This document shows positions 52,885-62,846 of a stretch of 64,000 nucleotides of DNA, one piece after another (positions within the stretch are counted from its first letter, which is position 1; every line of letters starts with the position of its first letter). Source of the stretch: Luteitalea sp. Its GTDB lineage: Bacteria; Acidobacteriota; Vicinamibacteria; Vicinamibacterales; CAVVIG01. The translations under genes and the position numbers were made by a program. The notes beneath the pieces are model-generated. The model did not search any database, was not told the DNA's origin, and was given only the letters and a program-made list of their open reading frames with translations. The stretch spans positions 9,744-73,743 of the forward strand of contig WHSN01000002.1 of NCBI GenBank assembly GCA_009380045.1. The letters are read 5' to 3'.

Positions 52885-53790
52885 TCATTTGTCCTCGCTG
52901 ATCCTCGCCAGGCGGCTCTCCAGGATCCGGTCGGGGCTGAAGTTGGTCAGCATCAGCGCGGCTGGTGTCGTGCCGGCCAGCGCCGCCTGTGGAATCAATC
53001 CGATCAGCTCGCTCTCGAGCACCTCGACTCCGTGTCTGGCGGCTTCGGCTTTGACGGCCGCGAACAGCTGTTCGATCGGCGTCACTTCGTAGTTGGTCAG
53101 ATTCAGCGACACCTGCACGAGGCCGCGATCGGTCAGCGGCACTCCGATCGCCTTCACGGCGGGCATCCCGCCGCTGCTCTGCCGTACGGTCGCCGCTACC
53201 CTGGCGGCAACGTCGAGACGGTCGGTCGAGAGGTTGACGTTGAACGCGATCAAAGGATGTCTCGCCCCGATGACGGTCGCACCCGCCGTCGGATGGGGAA
53301 GGGCGGGACCGAAGTCCGGCGCCCATTCGGGCCTGGCCATCTTCGCCGCCAGCCCTTCGAACTGGCCGCGCCGCACGTCTTCCAGTTTCCGGCGAGCCGG
53401 CGTCGTGGCGGCCGCTTCGTAGAGGTAGACCGGAACGTGGAGCGTCGCTGCGACCCGCGCGCCGACGCGCCGCGCGAGATCGACGCAGTCTTCCAGCGTC
53501 GCTCCCGCGAGAGGAATGAAAGGCACCACGTCTAGAGCGCCGATCCGCGGATGCACGCCGCGATGGGTCCGCATGTCGATGGCCGCGACGGCGTGCGCAT
53601 ACAGTTTCAGGACGGCCTCCTCGACGGCGGGAGGCGGGCCGGCCAGCGTGAAGACCGAGCGGTTGTGCGCGGCATCGGCCGAGTGATCGAGGAGCATCAC
53701 GCCGGGCGTCGATCGGACGGCGGTGGCCAGAGCGTCAACGATCTGCAGACGCGAGCCCTCACTCACATTCGGCACGCTCTCGATAACCAT
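52885..53790 (-). CDS. ftcD: glutamate formimidoyltransferase
   Basis: MVIESVPNVSEGSR...HNRSVFTLAG...HPRIGALDVVPFIP...IGAR..LIAFNVNL matches the formiminotransferase N- and C-subdomains. Confidence 0.85.
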   Translation of the reverse strand: MVIESVPNVSEGSRLQIVDALATAVRSTPGVMLLDHSADAAHNRSVFTLAGPPPAVEEAVLKLYAHAVAAIDMRTHRGVHPRIGALDVVPFIPLAGATLEDCVDLARRVGARVAATLHVPVYLYEAAATTPARRKLEDVRRGQFEGLAAKMARPEWAPDFGPALPHPTAGATVIGARHPLIAFNVNLSTDRLDVAARVAATVRQSSGGMPAVKAIGVPLTDRGLVQVSLNLTNYEVTPIEQLFAAVKAEAARHGVEVLESELIGLIPQAALAGTTPAALMLTNFSPDRILESRLARISEDK

Positions 53791-53851
53791 CGACGTCGCC
53801 GCATTCTAAGCTATAATTTTGCCGCGCCTGCAGAGCCGTCCTTCAGAATCT

Positions 53852-54700
53852 ATGTCCGATCCGCTTCGTACCGACCCATCGCGCGCGATCGAGCCGGTGT
53901 CGGCGGCGGAGCGTGATGCGAAAATCGAGCAGCTCCTGCTCGCCGGCCTCGACCATTACTTTGCCGCCCGGTATGAACAGGCGATCAACGTCTGGACGCG
54001 CGCCCTGTTCTTCGACCGCAGTCACGCTCGCGCGCGCGCATACATCGAACGGGCGCGCAGCGCTCTCGCCGAGGGGCAGCGTGAATCCGAGGAACTGCTG
54101 CAGAGCGGTCTCGCGGCCTTCGGCCGTGGCGAGGCCGGCGTGGCGCGCCGGCTCCTCCAGACCGCCATCGATCGAGGAGCGCCGTCCGACGAGGCGCTGG
54201 CGGTGCTCGGCAGGCTCGACCGCCTGGAACAGGGCCAGTCGGCACCAGCGCACCGGACGGTCACACCCGGAGGGGTCACGGAAACGCCGGCGCCGAGCGC
54301 GCGGCGTCGCTCCCCGCGCGGCGCCTGGATCGCAACCGCCGCATTGGTTCTGACCGTTGCCGCCGGCGGTCTCTTCGTCGTTCAAGGTGGACGATTCGAC
54401 CGGCCCGTCCTCTTCGACTTTCCACCGGGCGTCCCGGCCGTGCAAGCCGCCCCGCCGTTTGGCGAGATCGCGCCGGAATTGCCGCGCCGTGGTGAGATGG
54501 CGCTCGATCGCGCACGAACGCTTGCCGCCAGCGGACGGCTCCGGGACGCGCTCGTCATGCTCGACCGGGTACGGGCGACCGATGCCGAGCGGGTTGACGC
54601 CGATCGGCTGCGCGCGGAGCTCCAGAAGCAGCTCATTGCGCTCGCCGACCTTCCGCCCGCTGCCAGCGCTCCCGCGACAAGCGGGCCGCGTCAACCATGA
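53852..54700 (+). CDS. hypothetical membrane protein with TPR-like helical N-terminal region
   Basis: From ATG 53852 (MSDPLRT). YFAARYEQAINVWTRALFFD looks TPR-like. One TM segment (WIATAALVLTVAAGGLFVV). TATAAT at 53812-17 lies upstream. The track ORF starts at TTG 53819. Confidence 0.55.
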   Translation: MSDPLRTDPSRAIEPVSAAERDAKIEQLLLAGLDHYFAARYEQAINVWTRALFFDRSHARARAYIERARSALAEGQRESEELLQSGLAAFGRGEAGVARRLLQTAIDRGAPSDEALAVLGRLDRLEQGQSAPAHRTVTPGGVTETPAPSARRRSPRGAWIATAALVLTVAAGGLFVVQGGRFDRPVLFDFPPGVPAVQAAPPFGEIAPELPRRGEMALDRARTLAASGRLRDALVMLDRVRATDAERVDADRLRAELQKQLIALADLPPAASAPATSGPRQP

Positions 54701-55626
54701 AATGCCCGAAGTGTGGGTTCGTGGGATTCGAGGCGATCGACCGCTGTCGTCACTGCGGCTACGATTTCTCCTTCACGCCGACATCGCAGGCGGCAGAACT
54801 TCGGTTGCGTTCGAACGACGCCGACGATGCGCATCCCCTTCCCGACCTCGCACTCGCGGACTCCAGCCGGCACGCGCCGAGCGGTGCGGGACGCCGCCCA
54901 GGCAGCGCCGATCTCCATCAGGGCCCGAGAGCTGACGGACTCGCCCTCACGCCTGATCTCCCGCTGTTCGCTCCCACTGCATCCGCCGACCAGCCGCTCG
55001 TCAGCCGGCCGTCGCAACCGCGGCAGCCGTTGTCGGTCCGGCGCGCCACCCCGGACGTTGCTCGGCTCAGAACGGAGCAGCGGCCCTCGTCAGCCGCGAC
55101 GACACCGTTGCTCGACCTCGATGCGACGGACGCGGCTTCGCGGCCGCCGCCTTCGAGCGGCCGCCTCCGCCCGATGCAGGCACACGTCGGTGGCACGGTG
55201 GTCGCACCCGAGCCTGCGGCTGTCGGCGCGCGGGTGCTGGCCGTGGTCGTCGACCTGATCGTGCTGGCTGTCACCGACCTCGTCGTGATCTACTTCACGA
55301 TGCAGATCTGCGGGCTCACACCTGCCGACATCGGCATTCTCCCGAAAGGGCCCCTGATCGCGTTTCTCCTGGTGCAGAACGGCGCCTACCTGGTCACGTT
55401 CACCGCCGGCGGCCAGACGCTGGGCAAGATGGCGGCTGGCATCCGCGTCGTGTCGGCGAATCCGCACGGGTCGGTTGATCTCGGCCACTCGGTGGTGCGG
55501 ACGATTGTCTGGGCGCTGCTCGCCACTCCGGCCGGTCTCGGCTTCGTGACCGCGCTCTTCAGCCGCGACCACCGCGGGCTCCACGATCGCTGTGCGGGCA
55601 CACGGGTCGTGCGCGCGACCGTCTGA
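54697..55626 (+). CDS. RDD family membrane protein with N-terminal zinc-ribbon
   Basis: MKCPKCGFVGFEAIDRCRHCGY is a CxxC-N10-CxxC ribbon. A long Pro/Arg/Ser-rich linker follows. The C-terminal RDD domain reads GARVLAVVVDL...GQTLGKMAAGIRVV...RGLHDRCAGTRVV. The ATGA start overlaps the upstream gene. Confidence 0.75.
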   Translation: MKCPKCGFVGFEAIDRCRHCGYDFSFTPTSQAAELRLRSNDADDAHPLPDLALADSSRHAPSGAGRRPGSADLHQGPRADGLALTPDLPLFAPTASADQPLVSRPSQPRQPLSVRRATPDVARLRTEQRPSSAATTPLLDLDATDAASRPPPSSGRLRPMQAHVGGTVVAPEPAAVGARVLAVVVDLIVLAVTDLVVIYFTMQICGLTPADIGILPKGPLIAFLLVQNGAYLVTFTAGGQTLGKMAAGIRVVSANPHGSVDLGHSVVRTIVWALLATPAGLGFVTALFSRDHRGLHDRCAGTRVVRATV

Positions 55627-55652
55627 CGCGGCGAATCGAGTACGCTCGTTTC

Positions 55653-56120
55653 ATGACATCCGTTGCGCTCGCCCTGGCGACCTGTGCCGGGATCGGCTAC
55701 GTTCGCTGGGCGCCGGGTACGTTCGGTTCGCTCGCCGGCCTGCTCCTGTGGTATCTCGTACCCGAGTCGCCAGGCCTGCAGATCGGCGCCATCGTCAGCG
55801 TGTTCCTCGTCGGCGCATGGACCGGCGGCGTCGCCGAGCGGCATTTCGGTGCCACGGATCCTTCTCATGTGGTCCTCGACGAAGTCGTGGGAATGTGGAT
55901 CACGCTCTTGTTCAACCCGGTTGGATGGCAGGGCGCGGTGATCGCCTTCGTGCTGTTCCGCGTCTTCGACGTGTTGAAGCCGTATCCCGCCGATCGGCTG
56001 GAGCGTCTGCACGGCGGCTTCGGCGTGATGGCCGACGATGCGATGGCGGCGATTTACGCGAACATGACGCTGCGGCTCACGATTTACCTGCTGGCCGCGT
56101 TCCCGCACTGGGCGTTATGA
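55653..56120 (+). CDS. pgpA: phosphatidylglycerophosphatase A
   Basis: GIGYVRWAPGTFGSLAGLL...VLDEVVGMW...FRVFDVLKPYP...G.GVMADDAMAAIYA are the conserved PgpA blocks. Confidence 0.85.
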   Translation: MTSVALALATCAGIGYVRWAPGTFGSLAGLLLWYLVPESPGLQIGAIVSVFLVGAWTGGVAERHFGATDPSHVVLDEVVGMWITLLFNPVGWQGAVIAFVLFRVFDVLKPYPADRLERLHGGFGVMADDAMAAIYANMTLRLTIYLLAAFPHWAL

Positions 56121-57367
56121 ACGCCTGGATTATCGCCGTCGGCAGCGAGATGCTCACCCCGTTCAAGGTCGACACCAACTCGCTGGCCGTCACCGAGCGG
56201 CTGAACGCGATCGGCTGCGACGTGCGGTTCAAGGCGGTCGTCGGCGACGAGGTCGCCGAACTGGCGGCGCTGTTCACGCGGGGGATCGGAGCGATCGACC
56301 TGATCGTGTGCACCGGTGGTCTTGGCCCGACCCAAGACGACATCACGCGCGATGCGCTCACGCTCGCGCTCCAGGTGCCGGCGGACGAAGATGCAACCGT
56401 GATCGAACGGATCCGTCAGCGGTTCGCGCAGCGTGGGATGACGATGCCCGACATCAACCGCCGGCAAGCGATGGTGCCTCGAGGCGCGGTCATGCTCGAG
56501 AACGAGCGTGGCACGGCGCCCGGCCTGTGGATCGAGCGTGCGGGCACGACTGTCGTGCTCCTGCCGGGTCCACCCCGCGAGATGATGCCGATGCTGGAGC
56601 GTGTCATCGATGATCGCCTGGGCCCTCGCGCCGGCGCCGCCGGATTGTTCCGCCGCGTGCTGAAGATCACCGGCCGATCCGAATCGGAAGTGGACGAGCG
56701 GGCGCAGCCGATTTACTGCCAATGGACGCGCGGGCAGGACGTGCCGATCAGCACCACCATCCTCGCGGTGATGGGCCAGATCGAACTGCACCTCACGGCG
56801 AGTGCGTCCACTCCAGACGCTGGCGCGGCGGCGCTGGATGCGGCGGTCCGCGAACTCGAGCAGGTGCTGGGCACCGCCATTTACAGCTCTCGAGGACAGC
56901 CGCTCGAACGGGTGGTCGGCGAGCTCCTGATCCGTGGTGGGCTGACGATCGCGGTCGCGGAGTCCTGCACCGGCGGGCTGCTGGCGTCGCGGCTGACCGA
57001 CGTCCCGGGCAGCTCGGCTTATTTCGATCGCGGCGTCGTCTGCTACAGCAACGACGCGAAAGTGGCATGGCTGGGCGTTCCGGGTGAGCTGATTGCCGAT
57101 TGCGGCGCGGTGAGCGAACCGGTGGCCCGCGTGATGGCTGAACACGTGCGCGCGCGATCGGGGACCAGCGTCGGGATCGGCGTGACCGGCATCGCGGGCC
57201 CGGGCGGCGGCACGCCGGAGAAGCCGGTTGGCACCGTGGTCATCGCCGTGGCCGCTCCGGGCGAAACCCGCGTTCAAACCTTTCAGTTCGTCGGTGCGCG
57301 AGACATGGTGAAGTTTCAATCGACCCAGGCGGCCTTGAACATGGTGCGGTTGTTGTTGTGCAACTGA
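56117..57367 (+). CDS. cinA: competence/damage-inducible protein CinA (MoCF-binding domain plus PncC-like nicotinamide-nucleotide amidase)
   Basis: From ATG 56117 (ATGA overlap with pgpA): IIAVGSEML...DTNS, TGGLGPTQDDITR, LPGPPREM, and C-terminal AESCTGGLLA...GVTGIAGPGGG. Confidence 0.85.
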   Translation: MNAWIIAVGSEMLTPFKVDTNSLAVTERLNAIGCDVRFKAVVGDEVAELAALFTRGIGAIDLIVCTGGLGPTQDDITRDALTLALQVPADEDATVIERIRQRFAQRGMTMPDINRRQAMVPRGAVMLENERGTAPGLWIERAGTTVVLLPGPPREMMPMLERVIDDRLGPRAGAAGLFRRVLKITGRSESEVDERAQPIYCQWTRGQDVPISTTILAVMGQIELHLTASASTPDAGAAALDAAVRELEQVLGTAIYSSRGQPLERVVGELLIRGGLTIAVAESCTGGLLASRLTDVPGSSAYFDRGVVCYSNDAKVAWLGVPGELIADCGAVSEPVARVMAEHVRARSGTSVGIGVTGIAGPGGGTPEKPVGTVVIAVAAPGETRVQTFQFVGARDMVKFQSTQAALNMVRLLLCN

Positions 57368-57960
57368 GCGCGGTGGCCCCGATCACGATTCTCGCCGCGT
57401 ATTTCATCGGCTCGATTCCCTTCGCCCTGCTGATGGCGCGGCGGTGGGGGACCGCCGATCTGCACCGTGTCGGCAGCGGCAACATCGGGGCCGCCAATGT
57501 GTTCCGCGTCTCCGGCGTGAAGGCCGGCCTGATGGTGGCGCTGCTCGACGCGGCCAAGGGGGCGGCCAGCGTGCTTCTCGCGCAGCGGTTGAACGGCGGA
57601 GGTGCCGCACCGGCCGTGGCCGGTCTCGCCGCCGTCGTCGGGCATGTCTATCCCGTGTGGCTGGGCTTTCGCGGCGGCAAAGGCGTCGCTACGGCGTGTG
57701 GCGCGTTCTGCGTGCTGACGCCCGTCGCCATCACGCCGGCGGTGAGCCTGTTCGTCGCCGGGGCGTGGCTCTCGAAATACGTGTCTGTCGGCTCGGTGCT
57801 CGCCTCCGTGGCACTGGCGCCGATTGCGTACGCCACCGGCAGTCCGGTGTCGGCGGTCGCGAGCGCGAGCGGCGCCGCCGCGCTGATTGTGTTCCGGCAC
57901 CGATCGAATCTGGCGCGAGTCCGGCTTGGCACCGAGCGTCGCCTCGGGGTCCGGGATTGA
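57358..57960 (+). CDS. plsY: glycerol-3-phosphate acyltransferase PlsY
   Basis: YFIGSIPFALLMAR...GSGNIGAANVFR...DAAKG...GHVYPVWLGFRGGKGVAT. Confidence 0.9.
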   Translation: MQLSAVAPITILAAYFIGSIPFALLMARRWGTADLHRVGSGNIGAANVFRVSGVKAGLMVALLDAAKGAASVLLAQRLNGGGAAPAVAGLAAVVGHVYPVWLGFRGGKGVATACGAFCVLTPVAITPAVSLFVAGAWLSKYVSVGSVLASVALAPIAYATGSPVSAVASASGAAALIVFRHRSNLARVRLGTERRLGVRD

Positions 57961-58970
57961 TGCGGACCGTCGCGGTTCTTGGCGCCGGCAGTTGGGGCAC
58001 CGCCCTGGCCGTCCATCTGGCGCGCGTCGGTCACGACGTGCGCCTGTGGGCCCGCGATCCGGCGTTCGCCGAGGAGCTGCAGCGGCAGCGCCAGAACTCC
58101 GTCTATCTGCCGGCCGTTTCGCTGCCCAGTCGCATTTCGGTGTCCGCGTCGCTCGACGCGACGCTCGAGGGCTGCGAGCTGCTGGTCTCCGCGATCCCCT
58201 CGCACGGGTGCCGTGCGGTGATGCGTGCCGCGGCTCCCTACATCGCACGCCGTGCGACCGTCGTCAGTGCCACCAAGGGGCTCGAGTGCGACACGCTGCT
58301 GCGCATGTCGGAAGTGATTGCGGCCGAGCTCGGCCTCGATCGGCCGGTCGTCGTGCTGTCGGGTCCCAGCTTTGCGCAGGAGGTTGCGCAGGAGCTGCCA
58401 ACGGCCATTCTCGTCGCCTCACCGGACCCTGCCGCGACCGAGCTGGTCCAGGCCGATTTCCGCGCGCCCTATTTCCGCCTGTACGGATCGCCGGATGTGG
58501 TCGGTGTCGAGCTTGGCGGCGCGTTGAAGAACGTCATTGCGATCGCGGCAGGCGTCGTCGAGGGACTCGGTCTCGGGCAGAACGCCCTCGCGGCGCTCAT
58601 CACCCGCGGCCTGGCCGAGATCACGCGTCTCGCGTGTGCGGCGGGCGGCAGACGTGAAACGCCAGCCGGTCTGAGCGGCCTGGGTGATCTGGTGCTCACC
58701 TGCACCGGGTCGCTCAGCCGCAACCGCCACGTCGGCCTGGAGCTGGCGCGCGGCCGGGCCCTTCACGATATCGTCACCAGCATGAAGATGGTGGCCGAGG
58801 GAATCAACACCACGAGCGCGGCGACGGCCCTGGGCATCCGCTACGGAGTCGAGCTCCCGATCGCGGCGCAGATGTCGGCAGTGCTCGACGGCCGCACCGA
58901 TGTTCGCTCGGCGCTCGAAACGCTCATGCTGCGGCCGCAGCGAACCGAGACCGAGACCGAACCCGCGTAA
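57960..58970 (+). CDS. gpsA: NAD(P)H-dependent glycerol-3-phosphate dehydrogenase
   Basis: From ATG 57960 (TGATG overlap with plsY): VAVLGAGSWGTALAVHLA, SGPSFAQEVA, GALKNVIAIAAG, SRNRHVG, and VAEG...T. Confidence 0.9.
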   Translation: MRTVAVLGAGSWGTALAVHLARVGHDVRLWARDPAFAEELQRQRQNSVYLPAVSLPSRISVSASLDATLEGCELLVSAIPSHGCRAVMRAAAPYIARRATVVSATKGLECDTLLRMSEVIAAELGLDRPVVVLSGPSFAQEVAQELPTAILVASPDPAATELVQADFRAPYFRLYGSPDVVGVELGGALKNVIAIAAGVVEGLGLGQNALAALITRGLAEITRLACAAGGRRETPAGLSGLGDLVLTCTGSLSRNRHVGLELARGRALHDIVTSMKMVAEGINTTSAATALGIRYGVELPIAAQMSAVLDGRTDVRSALETLMLRPQRTETETEPA

Positions 58971-58980
58971 GATCAACCGA

Positions 58981-59904
58981 ATGGGCGTGTTCGGTCGGAT
59001 CCGTGAGAGCCTTTCCCGCACGAAACAGCAGATCGTCGAGCGGTTCGACGAGATCGTCAGCCTCGCCGACGAGCCGGAGCGGCGCACGCGGGCGGTCGAT
59101 GTCGACACCATCGAGGCGCTCGAAGAGCTGCTGATTTCGGCCGACATCGGGCTGTCGGCGACCGACCGCATCATCGCTGCCGTGAAGGGTCGCACGCGCT
59201 CGGGGGAGAGCCTGCGGGACCTCGTGAAGCAGGAGATCCGACGCATCTTCGACTCGGTCGACGGTCCGGTCGCCGTCCCCGCACCGCCGCAGGTCACCTT
59301 GATCGTTGGCGTCAACGGCACCGGCAAGACCACCACCGTCGGAAAGCTGGCGAACGTGCTCAGGGCCGAAGGCCGGCGACCGCTGATTTGCGCGGCGGAC
59401 ACGTTTCGCGCGGCGGCGGTCGAGCAGCTCGAGATCTGGGCGACGCGGGCGGGTGTCGAGATGGTGCGGGCGCGGGAGGGAGCCGATCCGGCGGCGGTGG
59501 TGTTCGACGCCATTTCATCGGCGAAGGCCAAGGGCCGCGATCCGGTTCTGGTCGACACGGCGGGCCGGCTTCACACGCGTGTGAACCTGATGAACGAGCT
59601 GGACAAGATCCGTCGGGTGGCCGCTCGCGAAGTCGCGGGGGCCCCTCACGAGGTGCTGCTCGTGCTCGACGCCACAGTCGGCCAGAACGGTCTGACCCAG
59701 GCTCGTGAGTTCACCAACGTCGCCGGTGTGAACGGTATTGTCCTGACGAAGCTGGACGGAACCGCGAAAGGCGGCATCGCGGTGGCGATTGCCAACGACC
59801 TGAAGCTGCCAATCCGCTGGGTTGGCGTCGGCGAGGGCATCGAGGATCTCGTGCGGTTTTCCGCCGAAGAGTACGTGGACGGGCTGTTCGAAGAGAAGTG
59901 GTGA
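58981..59904 (+). CDS. ftsY: signal recognition particle receptor FtsY
   Basis: From ATG 58981: an NG domain with GVNGTGKTTTVGKLA, DTAGRLH, TKLDGTAKGG and VGVGEGIEDL. Confidence 0.9.
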   Translation: MGVFGRIRESLSRTKQQIVERFDEIVSLADEPERRTRAVDVDTIEALEELLISADIGLSATDRIIAAVKGRTRSGESLRDLVKQEIRRIFDSVDGPVAVPAPPQVTLIVGVNGTGKTTTVGKLANVLRAEGRRPLICAADTFRAAAVEQLEIWATRAGVEMVRAREGADPAAVVFDAISSAKAKGRDPVLVDTAGRLHTRVNLMNELDKIRRVAAREVAGAPHEVLLVLDATVGQNGLTQAREFTNVAGVNGIVLTKLDGTAKGGIAVAIANDLKLPIRWVGVGEGIEDLVRFSAEEYVDGLFEEKW

Positions 59905-59905
59905 C

Positions 59906-60985
59906 GTGACCGACGCCGACTACATGGCCCGTGCGTTGTTTCACGCGGCCAGAGGACGCGGGCGCACGAGTCCGAATCCGGTGGTCGGCGCCGTCGTCGT
60001 GTCGCCCGAGGGCGTGGTCGTCGGGCAGGGCTACCATGAACGTGCCGGAGAGCCGCACGCGGAAGTGCACGCGCTCAACATGGCGGCGGGGCGGACGCGC
60101 GGTGCGACGCTGTATTGCACCCTGGAACCGTGCAGCCACACCGGCCGGACCGGTCCCTGTGCCGATCGCATCGCCGACGCGGGCATCCGTCGGGTCGTCG
60201 CGTCGATGATCGATCCCAATCCTCTGGTGAGCGGCCGCGGCTTCGCCTACCTCCGGTCCCGGGGCATCAACGTGGAAGTGGGGCTCGGGGTCGAGCCGGC
60301 GTCCCGCCTCAATCAGCCGTTCTTCACGCTCGTGCGCGACCGGCGGCCGTTCGTGCTGTTGAAGGCGGCGATCAGTCTGGACGGGTATATCGCTGAAGCC
60401 GCGGGGCGGCCGACAGCGCTCAGCTCGGCTGAAGCGAACAGGCACGCGCAGCGCGTGCGAGCCGAAATCGACGCCGTGGCCGTGGGCGTCGGCACCATTC
60501 TCGCGGACGACCCGCTGTTGACGCCGCGGGGCGTGTACAGGGCGCTGCCGCTGACACGGGTGATTTTCGACCGCCTGCTGCGCACGCCGCCGTCAGCGCG
60601 CGTGCTCTCGACAGCGGAGGCCGGGCCTGTCATGATCGTCACCTCCCCGGCGGGTGCGGCCAGCACGGATCGACGGCGGCCGCTCGAGGCCCGCGGGGCG
60701 GAGATCGTCGCCACCGACGGCACCATCGCCTCGGCGTTGGCGGAGCTCGGGAAGCGCGACGTCGCCTCGCTGCTGCTCGAAGGTGGTGCGAAGGTGCACG
60801 CGGCGGCATGGGACGAGGGCGTGGTCGACTACGTGCGGCTCTATGTCACTCCGCACGTGCTGGGGCAGCATGCCGTGAAGTTCCTGGACGGCCGTCCGTT
60901 CTCGACCGCGAGACTCTACGACAGACGCACCGAACCAGTTGGCGCCGACGTGATAATCGAAGGGTATGTTCACGGGCCTCGTTGA
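59906..60985 (+). CDS. ribD: bifunctional diaminohydroxyphosphoribosylaminopyrimidine deaminase / 5-amino-6-(5-phosphoribosylamino)uracil reductase
   Basis: GTG 59906 lies 1 nt after the ftsY stop. Contains TSPNPVVGAVVV, HAEVHAL and TLEPCSHTGRTGPC (deaminase zinc site). The reductase half has KAAISLDG and GVGTILADDP. Confidence 0.9.
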   Translation: MTDADYMARALFHAARGRGRTSPNPVVGAVVVSPEGVVVGQGYHERAGEPHAEVHALNMAAGRTRGATLYCTLEPCSHTGRTGPCADRIADAGIRRVVASMIDPNPLVSGRGFAYLRSRGINVEVGLGVEPASRLNQPFFTLVRDRRPFVLLKAAISLDGYIAEAAGRPTALSSAEANRHAQRVRAEIDAVAVGVGTILADDPLLTPRGVYRALPLTRVIFDRLLRTPPSARVLSTAEAGPVMIVTSPAGAASTDRRRPLEARGAEIVATDGTIASALAELGKRDVASLLLEGGAKVHAAAWDEGVVDYVRLYVTPHVLGQHAVKFLDGRPFSTARLYDRRTEPVGADVIIEGYVHGPR

Positions 60986-61598
60986 AGCGATCGGAGAAAT
61001 CGCGGAATCCACGCCGACGACGGGCGGCGTCCGCCTGCGCATCGAGACCTCGCTGGCGCCGGAGCTGGCGCCGGGCGACAGCCTGGCCGTCAACGGCGTG
61101 TGCCTGACCGTGGTCCGGGCCGGCGCCGGCGACGTCGATGCGGAGGTCGGGCCCGAGACGCTGCGAGTGACCACGCTTGGCACGTTGGCGCGCCGGGCGC
61201 TCGTGAATCTCGAACGGCCGCTGCGGTCCGATGGCCGTTTCGGCGGGCACTTCGTGCAGGGGCATGTCGATGCCGTCGGCCTGGTCGAGGAGCTCCGGGC
61301 GGACGCGGAGTTTCATTGGCTGACGGTGCGCTTTCCGCCGCAGCTGGCGCCGTTCATCGTGCACAAGGGGTCGATTGCGGTCGACGGCATCAGCCTGACC
61401 GTGGCGCGCCTCGGGAGCGACTGTTTCGACGTGCAGGTGGTGCCGTTCACCATCGAGCGCACCAATCTGAAACGGGTGCAGGTCCGCGACCCTGTCAACC
61501 TGGAAGGCGACATGGTCGCGAAGTATGTCGTTCGCGCGACGGAACTCGCCGGCTTGTCGCGCAAGCCGGTTCGCGCTGAAGGGGCCGCCGACTCATGA
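60966..61598 (+). CDS. ribE: riboflavin synthase (alpha chain)
   Basis: MFTGLVEAIGEI...GDSLAVNGVCLTV...GGHFVQGHVD...GSIAVDGISLTV shows the duplicated lumazine-binding repeat. Confidence 0.9.
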   Translation: MFTGLVEAIGEIAESTPTTGGVRLRIETSLAPELAPGDSLAVNGVCLTVVRAGAGDVDAEVGPETLRVTTLGTLARRALVNLERPLRSDGRFGGHFVQGHVDAVGLVEELRADAEFHWLTVRFPPQLAPFIVHKGSIAVDGISLTVARLGSDCFDVQVVPFTIERTNLKRVQVRDPVNLEGDMVAKYVVRATELAGLSRKPVRAEGAADS

Positions 61599-62842
61599 CA
61601 AAAGGGATGACAATCGCCAAGGGCGCGCGGAAAGCGTCCGGTCCATTCGCCCGCATCGAAGACGCGGTTGACGCGTTTCGTGCCGGCCAGATGATCATCG
61701 TCGTCGACGATGAGGATCGCGAGAACGAGGGCGACCTGACGATCGCGGCGGAAAGGATTACGCCTGAAGCGATTAACTTCATGGCGCGGTTCGGCCGCGG
61801 CCTGATTTGCCTGTCGATGACGTCGGCGCGGCTCGACGAGCTCGAGATTCCGATGATGGTGGCGCAGAACACGTCGCGCTTCGAGACCGGCTTCTGTGTG
61901 TCGATCGAAGCGAAAGGCCGCACGACGACCGGGATCTCGGCGGCCGACCGGGCGGCGACGGTGCTCGCGGCGATCGATCCGGCCACCAGGCCGTCCGACC
62001 TGGCGCGCCCGGGCCATACGTTCCCGTTGCGATCGCGATCGGGCGGCGTCATCGAGAGGGCGGGACAGACCGAGGCGGCGATTGACCTCGCACGGATCGC
62101 CGGGCTGTATCCGGCCGGCGTGATCTGCGAGATCATGAACGAGGACGGGACCATGGCGCGGGTGCCCGAGCTGACGAAGTACGCCCGGAAACACCACCTG
62201 CTGATGATCACCATCAAGGACCTGATCAGGTATCGGATCCGCAATGAATCGCTGGTGAAGCGCGTCTCCTCGGCAAAGCTGCCGACCATTCATGGCGACT
62301 TCCACATCCACGTCTTCGTGAACCAGCTCGACAACACCGAGCATGTCGCGCTGGTGCGTGGCGACCTCACCGATGGCCGGGACGTGCTGGTCCGGGTGCA
62401 CTCGTCGTGTTTGACCGGCGATGTGCTGCACTCGATTCGGTGCGACTGCGGCTCGCAGCTGGATGCGGCGATGGCGCGCGTCGCGGCGGAAGGACGCGGC
62501 ATCGTTCTCTACCTGAATCAGGAGGGGCGCGGCATCGGCCTGGCGAACAAGATTCGGGCCTACGAGCTGCAGGATGAGGGGTTCGACACGGTCGAAGCGA
62601 ACGAGCGGCTTGGCTTCAAGGCCGACCAGCGCGACTACGGGATGGGCGTCCAGATTCTCCGCGAGCTCGGGGTCCGCTCAATGCGCTTGCTGAGCAACAA
62701 TCCGAGGAAGCTCGTGGGCATCGAAGGGTACGGTCTGTCGATCAGCGAATGGCTGCCGCTCGAGATTCCGGCGTCCGAGTCCACTCGGCGGTACCTGACG
62801 ACCAAGAAAGAGAAGCTGGGGCACAAGCTCACTTCTGTATAG
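61595..62842 (+). CDS. ribBA: bifunctional 3,4-dihydroxy-2-butanone-4-phosphate synthase / GTP cyclohydrolase II
   Basis: DHBP synthase blocks (VVDDEDRENEGDL, RPGHTFPL, RAGQTEAA). GCH II blocks (VRVHSSCLTGDVLHSIRCDCG, EGRGIGL..K). The ATGA start overlaps the ribE stop. Confidence 0.9.
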   Translation: MTKGMTIAKGARKASGPFARIEDAVDAFRAGQMIIVVDDEDRENEGDLTIAAERITPEAINFMARFGRGLICLSMTSARLDELEIPMMVAQNTSRFETGFCVSIEAKGRTTTGISAADRAATVLAAIDPATRPSDLARPGHTFPLRSRSGGVIERAGQTEAAIDLARIAGLYPAGVICEIMNEDGTMARVPELTKYARKHHLLMITIKDLIRYRIRNESLVKRVSSAKLPTIHGDFHIHVFVNQLDNTEHVALVRGDLTDGRDVLVRVHSSCLTGDVLHSIRCDCGSQLDAAMARVAAEGRGIVLYLNQEGRGIGLANKIRAYELQDEGFDTVEANERLGFKADQRDYGMGVQILRELGVRSMRLLSNNPRKLVGIEGYGLSISEWLPLEIPASESTRRYLTTKKEKLGHKLTSV

Positions 62843-62846
62843 AGAA

